Positions 1-17,278 of a stretch of 64,000 nucleotides of DNA are shown one piece after another. The DNA lies in NCBI GenBank assembly GCA_041690395.1, contig JAWLHJ010000001.1, positions 416,001 through 480,000 on the forward strand, read 5' to 3'. The notes beneath the pieces are model-generated. The model was not told where the DNA came from and searched no databases. It worked only from the letters and a program-made list of their open reading frames with translations. The stretch is from Longimicrobiales bacterium (GTDB lineage Bacteria; Gemmatimonadota; Gemmatimonadetes; Longimicrobiales; Gaopeijiaceae). Every line of letters begins with the position of its first letter. The stretch's first letter is position 1. The position numbers and the translations under genes were made by a program.

Positions 1-7623
<7,623 letters not shown>

Positions 7624-7649
7624 GTCTCCCATCCCCCGAGGAGGAAGTC

Positions 7650-8591
7650 ATGTCGGTTGTCGAGAAAGCAGGAGTCGCCGGAGTGTCCACGCGGCACATC
7701 AGGGTCCACGATGACGAGTCGTTTCACCCGCGGCGGGTGTCTCGCCTCAGCCACTCGTTCTCGGATCACCCCCTGCTACAGTTGTCGAGCCTCCGGGGGC
7801 TGGCTGAACGGTTTCGCTCTTCCGGCATTGATCAGGTGAAGTTCATGCGGAGCGGGGCCACTAGTGAAGACCCCTTGAAGATCCTCTCCGAGCACGACCA
7901 GGGTATGTCCCTTGGAGAGGTCTTCGAGCGCATCGAGGAGCCCGGATCCTGGGTTTCGCTCTACAACGTCCAGACGGATCCGGAGTACAGAGAGCTCGTC
8001 GCCGAAGCGATGGCCTGCGTGGCGCCACTTCTCGATGCTCACGATCCGGGCCCTTTCGAAGCAGATGGCTTCATTTTCGTGTCCTCGGCCCCATCAGCAA
8101 CCCCGTTCCACATCGACCGGGAAAACAACTTCTTCCTTCAGATCCGCGGTCGGAAGCGTATGAGCGTCTGGGATCCCTCAGATCGCGTCGTCGTGCCCGA
8201 GGTTGACGTTGAAGACAAGATAGGCCGTGGCTCCTCAAGTAAGGTGCGGTTTCGGAATGAGTTCTTCGAGCGGGCTGTCTTCAATGAAGAACTCGGTCCT
8301 GGACAGGGCGTGTATATGCCCAGCACGGCCGGCCATACGACCAACACCGAGGCTCTACCCATAGGCCAGGATGACACCTATTCGGTCTCTATCGGCCTTG
8401 TCTACTATACGAAGGCGACGCGAAGAGCTGCGTATGCGTATGCACTGAACGACCGTCTGAGGCGTATGGGCCTGAGGCCGCGTCCTCCGTACGAGTCTTC
8501 GATGCTGGACCGACTCAAATATCCGTTCGGGCGCGCTCTGGTCCTCTCCAAGCGAGTTGCCGGAGGATTCAAGATTCCTCCCGGAATGTAG
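7650..8591 (+). CDS. JmjC/cupin-like Fe(II)/2-oxoglutarate oxygenase
   Basis: HxD...H triad (PFHIDRENN ... GHTT) and QIRGRKRM strand. ATG at 7650 follows a GAGGAGG RBS, 26 nt after the NRPS/PKS stop. Confidence 0.8.
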   Translation: MSVVEKAGVAGVSTRHIRVHDDESFHPRRVSRLSHSFSDHPLLQLSSLRGLAERFRSSGIDQVKFMRSGATSEDPLKILSEHDQGMSLGEVFERIEEPGSWVSLYNVQTDPEYRELVAEAMACVAPLLDAHDPGPFEADGFIFVSSAPSATPFHIDRENNFFLQIRGRKRMSVWDPSDRVVVPEVDVEDKIGRGSSSKVRFRNEFFERAVFNEELGPGQGVYMPSTAGHTTNTEALPIGQDDTYSVSIGLVYYTKATRRAAYAYALNDRLRRMGLRPRPPYESSMLDRLKYPFGRALVLSKRVAGGFKIPPGM

Positions 8592-8601
8592 GGCCAGCGA
8601 A

Positions 8602-9330
8602 TCAGTGGCCGCGTACCTCGAGCGAGAAGAACCGGCTCGCTTCCTCGGAACGGTTGTAGATGCCGATGCCTTGGCCGATGGAAGGGCCGTGCATGTCATC
8701 CAGCGCTTCGACGGTGGCGAGCGAGCGCTCGTCACCTGCACGGTGGAGAAAGCCAAGCAGCCTCCACCGTGTCCCATCGTGCTTGGCTCGTAGTGTCAGC
8801 CGGTACTCGCCACTCGAAAGCCCAAGGGTCCTTGTCGTCTCCAGCACCTCGTAAACCGTCGGATCACCGCCCCCATCGTACCGAAGCAGTTGTAACCGGT
8901 CGTTGTAGATCGCGAGCTCGTAAAGGGACTCATGCACGATACCGGGGGGACAGACCAATTGGAGGCCCACACCATCCTGTTGGTCCCAATAGACCTCGCT
9001 GATGATTGCCAGGTCACTCGCCGCTTGGGGGCGATACGCATAGTCATCATCACCATCCTCCGGTCCCGGATCGGCCATTGCTGCGCCGGACGCTGCGTCC
9101 AGATTCACCTGGCCGAAGATGTGCACCCACGCCGGGTCGTAGTCTTGGATTCGCCCCTCCGGCCCGGAGAAGTCCTCTGACCATAGTGGGGGAAGGGAGT
9201 CCGCGTCTGTCAGAGGTTCGCCGATGACACAGGCCGACGACCACACCGCAAGTGAGAGGTGTGCCAGCCGGCGAAGTCGGAAGGACAAGCCCCGAAGTGT
9301 CTCACAAGTCAACTCGGTCAGCACCGTCAT
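8602..9330 (-). CDS. Hypothetical exported protein or possible lipoprotein, beta-rich (LamG/DUF1080-like)
   Basis: Basic-hydrophobic leader ending in AVWSSAC, followed by WSEDFS and a C-terminal GQGIGIY...FFSLEV pattern typical of jelly-roll domains. Start codon uncertain. Confidence 0.5.
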   Translation of the reverse strand: MTVLTELTCETLRGLSFRLRRLAHLSLAVWSSACVIGEPLTDADSLPPLWSEDFSGPEGRIQDYDPAWVHIFGQVNLDAASGAAMADPGPEDGDDDYAYRPQAASDLAIISEVYWDQQDGVGLQLVCPPGIVHESLYELAIYNDRLQLLRYDGGGDPTVYEVLETTRTLGLSSGEYRLTLRAKHDGTRWRLLGFLHRAGDERSLATVEALDDMHGPSIGQGIGIYNRSEEASRFFSLEVRGH

Positions 9331-9494
9331 TAGCGGTGCCAATCCGGAGGGGTGGCGTCGGCCCCACACCGGAGCATTCCGAGAAGACTCTGCATCAGGA
9401 TGCTCCTCTGCCCATAGTTGCCGTGGGAAGCATGAGGTTCGCGGGGGCGATGGAAGAGTGTTGGCAGAACACGTTAAGCTCTGAGATCAGCGTA

Positions 9495-9545
9495 GAAAAA
9501 CCCGACGAAGCCGCCCACTCCTAGGAAGTCTGGGTCGGCCTCATC
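9495..9545 (-). terminator. Probable intrinsic terminator downstream of the LMW phosphatase gene
   Basis: On the minus strand GATGAGGCCG pairs with CGGCTTCGTC (two G-U pairs), with an inner CCCA/TGGG stem, followed by GGGTTTTT. Confidence 0.55.
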
Positions 9546-9648
9546 GACTCCGCAAACTCGATCTGCGCTCCCCATGGTCGAGGCGCTCAGGGTCGAGCGA
9601 AGGGATCCTCCGGCCCGTTGGCGGCAGCTCGCTGAAGGGAGAAGGTAA

Positions 9649-10200
9649 TCAACGATCCAGGACGCGCGCGACCTCGTCGATGCACCGCTCGATGCGCTCA
9701 AACGTGCGCTCGAACTCCTTGCGAGGCTTGCCCCAAGGATCGATGATCGCCCGCTTTCCAGCCCACATCGGATCAAAATCCCCCAACCAGAACACACGAC
9801 GTGGGGCTCTGCCGCCGAAGCGGCGAAGGCGGGCGACATTGAATCGGTCGAACAGGAACACTACGTCCGCCGACTCGAGCAGCTCGGGCGTAAGTGTCTT
9901 AGACCGATGGTTCGCATGTTCAATCCCACGACTCCGAGCCACTTCCAGGGCGGTATCCGGAGGGGGGCGACCTGGACCGATAAAGCCCGCCGAATCGACG
10001 TGTCGAGCCATCAACCGAGCCTCGAGCACGCGGTGGCCGTAGGGGCTACGACAAACGTTGCCGAGACAAAGGAACAGGATGGACTTAGGATCCAAGTCTC
10101 GCAGTCGTTCCGTGGCGCGCGCTTTGCGCTTCGGGTGCAGGCTTGCGTCGAATGCGTCTCGGGTCCTGGCTAAAGCACTACGGAGGAGTTGGAACGGCAT
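9649..10200 (-). CDS. Low-molecular-weight protein-tyrosine phosphatase (Wzb-like)
   Basis: P-loop CLGNVCRS, DSAG, and IIDPW acid loop. Confidence 0.9.
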   Translation of the reverse strand: MPFQLLRSALARTRDAFDASLHPKRKARATERLRDLDPKSILFLCLGNVCRSPYGHRVLEARLMARHVDSAGFIGPGRPPPDTALEVARSRGIEHANHRSKTLTPELLESADVVFLFDRFNVARLRRFGGRAPRRVFWLGDFDPMWAGKRAIIDPWGKPRKEFERTFERIERCIDEVARVLDR

Positions 10201-10301
10201 GTCTGCTGCTCAAGGAGATAACACATCGATTCGCCGACGAGAGGTTTTGGTCCGTGGCTTCACGCGGGCGGCAGTGACTCACCCGACAAGATAGTGACAA
10301 G

Positions 10302-10317
10302 TGGCTGCCTTGTTGCT
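10302..10317 (+). promoter_or_regulatory. Candidate sigma54 -24/-12 promoter for the FemAB gene
   Basis: TGGCTGCCTTGTTGCT, GG-N10-GC spacing, about 80 nt upstream of the ATG. Confidence 0.5.
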
Positions 10318-10394
10318 TTGCAGGGTGTCTCTAGTTTGGAGATGCACCCCCTTCCGGGCAGATCTGACTTTACCGGACTCCCCCCGTTCGAGAT

Positions 10395-11447
10395 ATGATG
10401 CATCTGAGAAACGCCGAACGTCCCATTACCGTTCAGCCCTTCTCCGGATCCGCGCGGGAATGGGACGACACCGTCGGACGTCTCGGCGGAGGCACGTTCT
10501 GCCATCTCGCCGGCTGGCGCCAAGTCATGGAAGAGGTGTTCGGACATGAGGCGTGGTGGTGGTCGGCAGTAGACGCCGAGAGCACGTGTCAGGGCCTGCT
10601 GCCGCTGGTGCGGGTGAAGAGTGCGCTCTTCGGGGACTATCTCGTCTCCATGCCATTTCTCAGCTACGGCGGCCCCATCGGATCCGAACCGGCGCGGGCG
10701 GCTTTGGCGGCTCACGCCGTGGAAGAAGCCCGTCGCCTGGGTGTCGACCTGCTCGAGCTTCGGGACCGACGGGAGGTGCCAGGCGGCTTGTCCGTCTCTA
10801 ATCGGAAGATCACCGTGATCAAGGAGCTCCCGAAGAGTTCCGAGGAGCTCTGGGAGGACGGCCTGAAAGCGAAGGTCCGGAGCCAGGTCAGACGACCGAT
10901 GAAGGAGGGCCTGGAGGGGCGGATCGGGGCCGAGCATGTCGACGGCTTTTACGAGATCTTCTCCACGACGATGAGAGACCTCGGCACGCCCGTTCTGCCG
11001 AAGAGATTCTTCGAGGCGTTGCTGGAGCACTTCCCGGACCACGTTGTCTTTGCCGTTGTCGAGGGCGCAGGTATTCCGATGGCTGCAGGATGTGGTTTCC
11101 TGTGGGGCGGTGAGTTCGAAGTCACCTGGGCGGGGGCACTCCGGGAGCATAGCCGCGTCGCACCGAACATGCTCCTCTACTGGTCGCTGATGGAGGAGTC
11201 CGTTCGCCGGGGCGCCCACGCTTTCAACTTCGGGCGATGCTCTCCCGGGTCGGGGACGCACAGGTTCAAGAAGCAGTGGGACACAGAGGACCACCCCCTG
11301 CCTTGGGCGCAGTGGTCCCCGAGCGGTGTGGTCGCCACTCCCAACCCGGACAGCCCCAAGTTCCGGCTCGCGACGCAGGCTTGGCAGAAGCTCCCTCTGG
11401 GCGTGGCCAACGCGGTGGGACCCATCCTTGCCCGCTCGCTCCCTTAG
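10395..11447 (+). CDS. FemAB family protein, exosortase A/PEP-CTERM system-associated
   Basis: GLLPLVRVKSALFGDYLVSMPFLSYGG, TMRDLGTPV, PNMLLYWSLM, FNFGRC...GTHRFKKQW and NPDSPKF are characteristic of the XrtA-associated FemAB family; an exosortase lies nearby. Confidence 0.9.
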   Translation: MMHLRNAERPITVQPFSGSAREWDDTVGRLGGGTFCHLAGWRQVMEEVFGHEAWWWSAVDAESTCQGLLPLVRVKSALFGDYLVSMPFLSYGGPIGSEPARAALAAHAVEEARRLGVDLLELRDRREVPGGLSVSNRKITVIKELPKSSEELWEDGLKAKVRSQVRRPMKEGLEGRIGAEHVDGFYEIFSTTMRDLGTPVLPKRFFEALLEHFPDHVVFAVVEGAGIPMAAGCGFLWGGEFEVTWAGALREHSRVAPNMLLYWSLMEESVRRGAHAFNFGRCSPGSGTHRFKKQWDTEDHPLPWAQWSPSGVVATPNPDSPKFRLATQAWQKLPLGVANAVGPILARSLP

Positions 11448-11464
11448 CTACCGCGGAGCCACCC

Positions 11465-12703
11465 CTAGCTCTCCGCCTTCACAACGTGCCGCCGCGTAGG
11501 CTCCCAGAGGGCGTCCCTCTGGCCCAGCAAGACCCTGAGGAACGCGTGTGCGGCGGCGAGGTTGCCGGCCACCAGAAAGGCTGGTACAGAGAAGATGCGT
11601 GGGGTGTTAGGACGTTCGGCCATCGTCCACCCGATTCCGGCGAGCGCGAGGATCACGACCCCGACGGCGAACAAGGACCGCGCCCAGCTGTTGGTCAGCG
11701 CCATCACGCCAAGGGCGAGAAAGGAGGCGATCGCGGCCCAAGGAAGGGCCCAGCGGAAGACCTTATGGCTGAGGAGCTTCCAGGCGAAGAGGCCGTTCGT
11801 GAACAGGTTCATGAGTTGGCGCTTGTACCACAGGGTCTGCATGCCCCTGGTGATGGTGCGCACCTTCCTGCGGTACTCCCTACGAAGGTTCGGGGACCGG
11901 GGGACGTAGCACACGGCTTCAGGGACGGACACCGTTCGGAACCCATGCTGATGAGTGTGGAGAGCGGCGGCGAAGTCGCGGCTGAGAGATTCGGGAAGTG
12001 AGAGTCGGTGAAGCTCTGGGCGGATGGCGTAGAAGCAGCCCGACGCCCCGATGATGCCACCGATACGCGTCTCCAGGAAGCGGATACCCATCTCGTAACC
12101 TACGTAGCCGGCTTCGCCGACGTTTGCGTCGCCTTTGGCGGAGCCGACGCTCACGTCCCGGCCCGAGGCGCATCCGACCTGCGGGTCCGCGAACACCGAG
12201 ATGAGCGGCTTGAGCGCATCGGGGCGGATGCGGATGGAAGCGTCCATGTTAACGATGATATCCCCGCGGAGATGGCCGATGGCGGCACTCTCTGCCTTGG
12301 TTTTCCCCGACCGCTCCGGCAGGCGGAGCAACTCAATGCCCTCGGATGCGTAGGTGCCTACGATCTCGTCCGTAGCGTCGGAGGATGCGTCCGACACGAT
12401 GAGCACCTGGATTCGGTCTCGGGGGTAATCCACGGCCAGGAGGCTCCGCATGAGTTCGTCTATCTGATCTTGCTCGTTGTAGGCCGGCACGCATACGGAG
12501 ATATTGGGCCACTCGACCGGATTCTCGGAAGCATCGGCCTCCCGCCGGGAGACCTTGCCCAACACGAGGAGGGCGAGGGGGTACCCGACGTAGGTATAGA
12601 GCAGGAGGGCCAGAGCGCTGGCCATTACCACCATGGGGATGTCGTTCATCGTCCCGTGCGCAGTTGGAGCGAAGTCACAGTCAATCTGTTGGACCCGTGC
12701 CAC
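11465..12703 (-). CDS. Glycosyltransferase family 2, membrane-bound
   Basis: LYTYVGYP N-terminal TM, VPAYNE, VSDASSDAT, RSGKT, GASGCFYAIR, C-terminal TMs. Confidence 0.9.
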   Translation of the reverse strand: MARVQQIDCDFAPTAHGTMNDIPMVVMASALALLLYTYVGYPLALLVLGKVSRREADASENPVEWPNISVCVPAYNEQDQIDELMRSLLAVDYPRDRIQVLIVSDASSDATDEIVGTYASEGIELLRLPERSGKTKAESAAIGHLRGDIIVNMDASIRIRPDALKPLISVFADPQVGCASGRDVSVGSAKGDANVGEAGYVGYEMGIRFLETRIGGIIGASGCFYAIRPELHRLSLPESLSRDFAAALHTHQHGFRTVSVPEAVCYVPRSPNLRREYRRKVRTITRGMQTLWYKRQLMNLFTNGLFAWKLLSHKVFRWALPWAAIASFLALGVMALTNSWARSLFAVGVVILALAGIGWTMAERPNTPRIFSVPAFLVAGNLAAAHAFLRVLLGQRDALWEPTRRHVVKAES

Positions 12704-12780
12704 ATTTCTGTGGGTTACCAGCGACGCTTCTCGGCCTAACAGGCCCGCCCCCCGTACACCGTTACCACGTGGACGGTCGT

Positions 12781-12796
12781 TGGCACCCTTAGTGCG
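12781..12796 (+). promoter_or_regulatory. Candidate sigma54 -24/-12 promoter for the deacetylase gene
   Basis: TGGCACCCTTAGTGCG, GG-N10-GC spacing, in the divergent intergenic region. Confidence 0.5.
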
Positions 12797-12953
12797 TTCA
12801 CGTATGCTCCACCCGGCTCGGCGTCCGCACTCAGGCGCTCCTCGACGTCACGCAACAAGGAAGCCAGAAAAGCATGCGCGGTCCAGCAGCTGTGATGTGT
12901 AAGGAGCGGCATCGCCCAATCCATCGCCATGCGATCCGCAACAAGGAGGGCCC

Positions 12954-13946
12954 TTGATCGTCACCATCACGATTGACACGGAGGAAGACGACTGGGGCTC
13001 TTACGTGATGCACGGTGCGTCTACGGAGAACATACTGCACCTGAACGAGCTCCAGGAGCTGTTCGAGCGGTTCGGTGCGCGACCTACCTATCTGATCAAC
13101 AGACCGCCTCTCGTCCAGGACGAGTCCCTTCGAATCCTGAAAGAGCTCGCGGCCCGTGAGGACGTGGAGATCGGCGGGCATTGCCATCCGTGGAACACAC
13201 CGCCCGCGACCGGCGAGGGCGAGGACCGCTCCATGATGTTCGCGCTCCCACTGAAGGCGAACCGAGGCAAGATCAAGGAAGTCACCCGGCTCATCGAGTC
13301 CGAGTTGGAGGTTCGGCCTCGGAGCTTCCGGGCTGGACGATGGGGCTTCGGCCCCACGGTTTCGGAGGCCCTGGTCGCCGAGGGCTACGAAATCGACTGC
13401 TCGGTGAGTCCCCTCATCGACTGGTCTCCTATTGGCGGACCAGACTATGGCGAAGCGCCCCTCGTCCCATACCGCTGCCGTGCGTCGAAGCCCCTTGCCC
13501 CTGATCAGTCGGGTGACCTCATAGAACTCCCTACGACGGTGGGCTTCCTTCATGGCGATCCTGCCGTCCGGGGACGCTGGCGGCGTCAGCTCGAGAACAG
13601 CCGTCTGACAAAGCTCAAGCTAGTGGGTATCGCCGACAGGACGGGGTTGGCGACTCGTCGGTGGCTTTCGCCCGAGAACAGCACCGGGGCTGAGATGAGA
13701 CGCTTGGTCGAGGCTTGCCGAGAGTCTGGCTTCAGCTACGCGTCCATGACCTTCCATTCATGCACACTCCTTCCTGGAGCGACGCCGTTCGTCCGGAATG
13801 GAGCTGAACGCATGGAGTTCGTGGGTCGGATCGAGAGCTTCTTGGCGTACTGCCGAGATCAAGGGTTCAGCATGCGGACCCTTTCCGAGGCAGCCGTCGA
13901 TCTCGGTCTCACGGGGTCTCCGGAGAATGAAATCGCGTCCGCCTGA
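12954..13946 (+). CDS. Polysaccharide deacetylase-family protein (WalW-like)
   Basis: ITIDTEEDDW, EIGGHCHPWNTPP, SFRAGRWG, IDCSV, MTFHSCTL. Confidence 0.85.
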   Translation: MIVTITIDTEEDDWGSYVMHGASTENILHLNELQELFERFGARPTYLINRPPLVQDESLRILKELAAREDVEIGGHCHPWNTPPATGEGEDRSMMFALPLKANRGKIKEVTRLIESELEVRPRSFRAGRWGFGPTVSEALVAEGYEIDCSVSPLIDWSPIGGPDYGEAPLVPYRCRASKPLAPDQSGDLIELPTTVGFLHGDPAVRGRWRRQLENSRLTKLKLVGIADRTGLATRRWLSPENSTGAEMRRLVEACRESGFSYASMTFHSCTLLPGATPFVRNGAERMEFVGRIESFLAYCRDQGFSMRTLSEAAVDLGLTGSPENEIASA

Positions 13947-13976
13947 TGACCCGTGACACCTTTTGGGGGCCGAGAC

Positions 13977-15458
13977 TCAGCGCTTTCCCAACACGAAGGT
14001 CGCGAGGACCTCGGCGGCTTCGGTGCATGAGTCGGGCGCGCATGGCATGGAGACGGTGATGAGCTCGGATGCCGTACCCGATCCCATCCGCGCTCGCATC
14101 TCGAGTAGCTTGCTTCTCAGTCGGCTGGGTGTATCCTGGCCACCGACGTGGAACCACCACCATACGAGCACGGGCGTCGTGTCGGAGCGAACGATGGCCT
14201 GGCCGATTCTGCGTCCAGATGCATCGACTGGCCCGATCGTCCGAGCCGCCAGAACCTGAGGGTCGGGCGCGAGCCGATTCTGGTCGCTCACCAGCTCCTT
14301 GCCCTGCGTCTGCTCTTGGTACACCAGCCGAAGGACTTCAATGGTGTCGGCTCCATTATTCCATGCCTGGAAGAGTGCCTCGTCATACCCGCTATACCCT
14401 GGCAGCCAAGACGGTGTCTCCAAGTCAGTTCCGGACCACGCGGAGTCCGGCGATACTCCCGTGAGGGTCGCGCGTGCTGGGCGCGAGCTCGCCGTCGTCA
14501 GAATCAGGGCGTAGAGGATGGGGCCGAGACACGCGGCGACGGTCGCGATGCCGATGCGTCGGATCGCCTGACGCGGCGTGGATGCATGCGGCGGTTCTTG
14601 GGACTCGTGGTCTCTCTCGACGTCTGACCGGCCAAGGCGCTCCCCCAAGAGGAAGAGCGGTAGGAGCGCGACGGAGAAGACGATCCAACCAAAGACCGCG
14701 TGAGATTCCATCAGGCTCGATTGCATTTCGGTCCAATGCCCGATCATCACGAGAGTGGCCACCCGGACCCAATTCCCGACGATCGCCAACATGGCGGCGC
14801 CCACTACGATGGCGATCTTGTGTGAGGCACGGGAAAAGAAGAGGAGCGCGTAGACTGCGCTAATGGTCAGGCCCGCGAGCAGGTAGTTCACACCGGCACA
14901 GGATCCCGCCACCTCGAAGGTCCCGTGGGGGATGGTGATGAAGGTCTCGCGGATTACGGCTTCGAACCCCCAAAGGCTCAGGACTCCGCCAGAGGCCAGA
15001 ATCGTGAGGTGCTGTAGAGGGGTGGTCAGGGCGTCCCAGATTGGGATGGTGAGGACAAGAACACCCGCGATCGGCGCGGCTGCGTTGAGACCCGATGGGC
15101 CGGCGACGATCCCGGCCCAACCGAGCAAGACCCCCAGCATGGCAAGACGCTGCACCATCTGTACGTCCGCCAGACCCGCGAGCAGCCACACTAAGGAAAG
15201 CCCCGCGACGGGTAGCGCCCACCACGACTTCCCGTTCACAGCTGCTCCTTCGAAAAACTCGGGCCGCCCACGCCAGATGAGGACAATTGCGAGAGCAACA
15301 GCCACCAGCGCGTGCGTAAAGTAGTCCAGCCAGACCTCAAGCAAGCCCGCCCATGTCGGCCAGAAGGCAGCGACGAGGACGGCAAAAGCCGAGGAGACCA
15401 GGACGGAAGTGCTGGCTCCTGTCGGACCCAGGAATCGCGTTTCTCGGAGCCGGATCAC
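13977..15458 (-). CDS. Exosortase (XrtA-like) fused to a C-terminal EpsI domain
   Basis: Multi-TM protein with the catalytic Cys (FEVAGSCAG), Arg (GNWVRV) and His (ESHAVFGW). The soluble C-terminal part has YQEQTQGKELV and LVWWWF..GG, as in EpsI. Confidence 0.9.
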   Translation of the reverse strand: MIRLRETRFLGPTGASTSVLVSSAFAVLVAAFWPTWAGLLEVWLDYFTHALVAVALAIVLIWRGRPEFFEGAAVNGKSWWALPVAGLSLVWLLAGLADVQMVQRLAMLGVLLGWAGIVAGPSGLNAAAPIAGVLVLTIPIWDALTTPLQHLTILASGGVLSLWGFEAVIRETFITIPHGTFEVAGSCAGVNYLLAGLTISAVYALLFFSRASHKIAIVVGAAMLAIVGNWVRVATLVMIGHWTEMQSSLMESHAVFGWIVFSVALLPLFLLGERLGRSDVERDHESQEPPHASTPRQAIRRIGIATVAACLGPILYALILTTASSRPARATLTGVSPDSAWSGTDLETPSWLPGYSGYDEALFQAWNNGADTIEVLRLVYQEQTQGKELVSDQNRLAPDPQVLAARTIGPVDASGRRIGQAIVRSDTTPVLVWWWFHVGGQDTPSRLRSKLLEMRARMGSGTASELITVSMPCAPDSCTEAAEVLATFVLGKR

Positions 15459-15588
15459 CGGCTTGGTCGCACCGTGACGTGGCGAACTCGATTGCGTGTC
15501 ACATACATCGGCTGGAGTACACTCGCGGTGGTCAAGGAGATGGGGTTAAAGGTGGAACCCAACGGAAGAGGACGCAGGGAGCGTCCGG

Positions 15589-15605
15589 TGGCAAGATTCC
15601 TGCCA
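15589..15605. promoter_or_regulatory. Candidate sigma54 -24/-12 site that reads correctly on both strands (exosortase / MBOAT divergent region)
   Basis: Minus strand TGGCAGGAATCTTGCC; plus strand TGGCAAGATTCCTGCC; both have GG-N10-GC spacing. Confidence 0.55.
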
Positions 15606-15849
15606 CGGACAGATGTATATCTACCGGCTCAGGCATCATACCCGGAATACCTGCTCCATACTGTCTGCTCCCCGTTCGCAATAGTGGACTTGTCCGTTTG
15701 GCGAGCCCTGGTCTAGCTTCGCTGCCGGCTGAAGAGCGCAGTTGGTACTCCATTTCTGGTTGCGGCATCCCGACCGGCGGGGCGCCTCGACAGGGGCAGG
15801 GCGCTAGATCATTCCGCGAACGACCTAACTCACAGAACCCCAACGGCAA

Positions 15850-17265
15850 ATGCTCTTCAACAGCTTCCAGTTCTGGCTGTTCTTCTTCGCGGTCTTGGCC
15901 ATCTACTACGTGCTTCCGCACCGTGGCCAAAACCGACTCTTGCTGGTGGCGAGCTATCTGTTCTACGGGGCCTGGGATTGGCGGTTCCTGAGCCTGATCG
16001 CCTTTTCGACGGTCGTCGACTTCATTGTGGCTCGCCGGCTAGAAGCTTCCGGCTCGACTGAGGGTTTGAGGAAGCGCCTGGTTTCCTTGTCGGTCGTGGT
16101 CAACCTCGGCTTGCTCGGCATCTTCAAGTACTTCGGCTTCTTCGTCACGAGCGCCGCCGATCTCCTTACTGCGCTCGGGTTCAACCCGAACCTTCCATCG
16201 CTCGGGATCATCCTGCCGGTTGGCATCTCGTTCTACACGTTCCAGACGATGTCCTACACCCTGGACGTGTATCGGAAGGAGATGAAGCCGGCTGACGACT
16301 TTCTCGACTTCGCCCTGTACGTGAGCTTCTTTCCCCAGCTCGTGGCTGGGCCGATCGAGCGCGGCCAGCGGCTGCTCCCTCAGGTCACGACTCCTCGACG
16401 CGTGGCTTGGGAAGATTTCAAGATCGGACTGTACTGTATCCTGTTCGGTCTCTTCAAGAAGGTCGTCGTCGCAGACAACATGGCTCTGGTGGCCAACCGT
16501 GTGTTCTCGGCAGATCCTACAACTCTGAGCGCCACCGAGGTACTGCTGGGCGTCTATGCCTTCGCCTTCCAGATATACGGCGACTTCCATGGTTACAGCT
16601 TGATCGCACAGGGTACCGCGCGCTGGATGGGATTCTCGCTCATGGACAACTTCCGCCAGCCCTACTTCGCGGAGTCGCCCCAAGACTTCTGGCGCAGATG
16701 GCATATCAGCCTTTCCACCTGGCTAAGGGATTACCTGTACATCCCCCTGGGCGGAAGCCGGGGTACCTCCAAGCAGACCTACCGCAACCTCATGACCACC
16801 ATGGTCCTCGGTGGTCTCTGGCACGGCGCCAATTGGACGTTCGTCGTTTGGGGAACGGTCCACGGCACCTGGCTCGCAATCCATAGGTGGCTTTCGGCCC
16901 GATTCCCGCCCGCGCCCGCTCGCCCATGGCCAACGAGAGCGATTCGGATGTTCGTGACTTTTCAAATCGTCTGCGTGACGTGGCTCTTCTTTCGGGCGGA
17001 GTCCGTGACGCAGGCGATGATCTTTCTGTCGACGCTCTCAGGGCCTTACGTGTGGACCGATCTGGCCGTGATCGGGTTCTCACTACTCACATTCTTCGTA
17101 GTCCCGATGCTGATCTACGAGATCTGGGTCGAGTACAAGAACGACCTGTTCGCGTTGCTGACCGTGGCCTGGCCCGTCCGAGCCGCGTTCTATGCGGCGA
17201 TCGTCTTCTACCTGTTGTGGTTCCCTGCGCCTGTTCCGAGCGAGTTCATCTATTTCCAGTTCTGA
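15850..17265 (+). CDS. MBOAT family O-acyltransferase (AlgI/DltB-like)
   Basis: PVGISFYTFQTMSY, FFPQLVAGPIER, DFWRRWHISLSTWLRDYLYIPLGG, catalytic LWHGANW, C-terminal FIYFQF. Confidence 0.95.
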   Translation: MLFNSFQFWLFFFAVLAIYYVLPHRGQNRLLLVASYLFYGAWDWRFLSLIAFSTVVDFIVARRLEASGSTEGLRKRLVSLSVVVNLGLLGIFKYFGFFVTSAADLLTALGFNPNLPSLGIILPVGISFYTFQTMSYTLDVYRKEMKPADDFLDFALYVSFFPQLVAGPIERGQRLLPQVTTPRRVAWEDFKIGLYCILFGLFKKVVVADNMALVANRVFSADPTTLSATEVLLGVYAFAFQIYGDFHGYSLIAQGTARWMGFSLMDNFRQPYFAESPQDFWRRWHISLSTWLRDYLYIPLGGSRGTSKQTYRNLMTTMVLGGLWHGANWTFVVWGTVHGTWLAIHRWLSARFPPAPARPWPTRAIRMFVTFQIVCVTWLFFRAESVTQAMIFLSTLSGPYVWTDLAVIGFSLLTFFVVPMLIYEIWVEYKNDLFALLTVAWPVRAAFYAAIVFYLLWFPAPVPSEFIYFQF

Positions 17266-17278
17266 GCGTAGAATTCGT

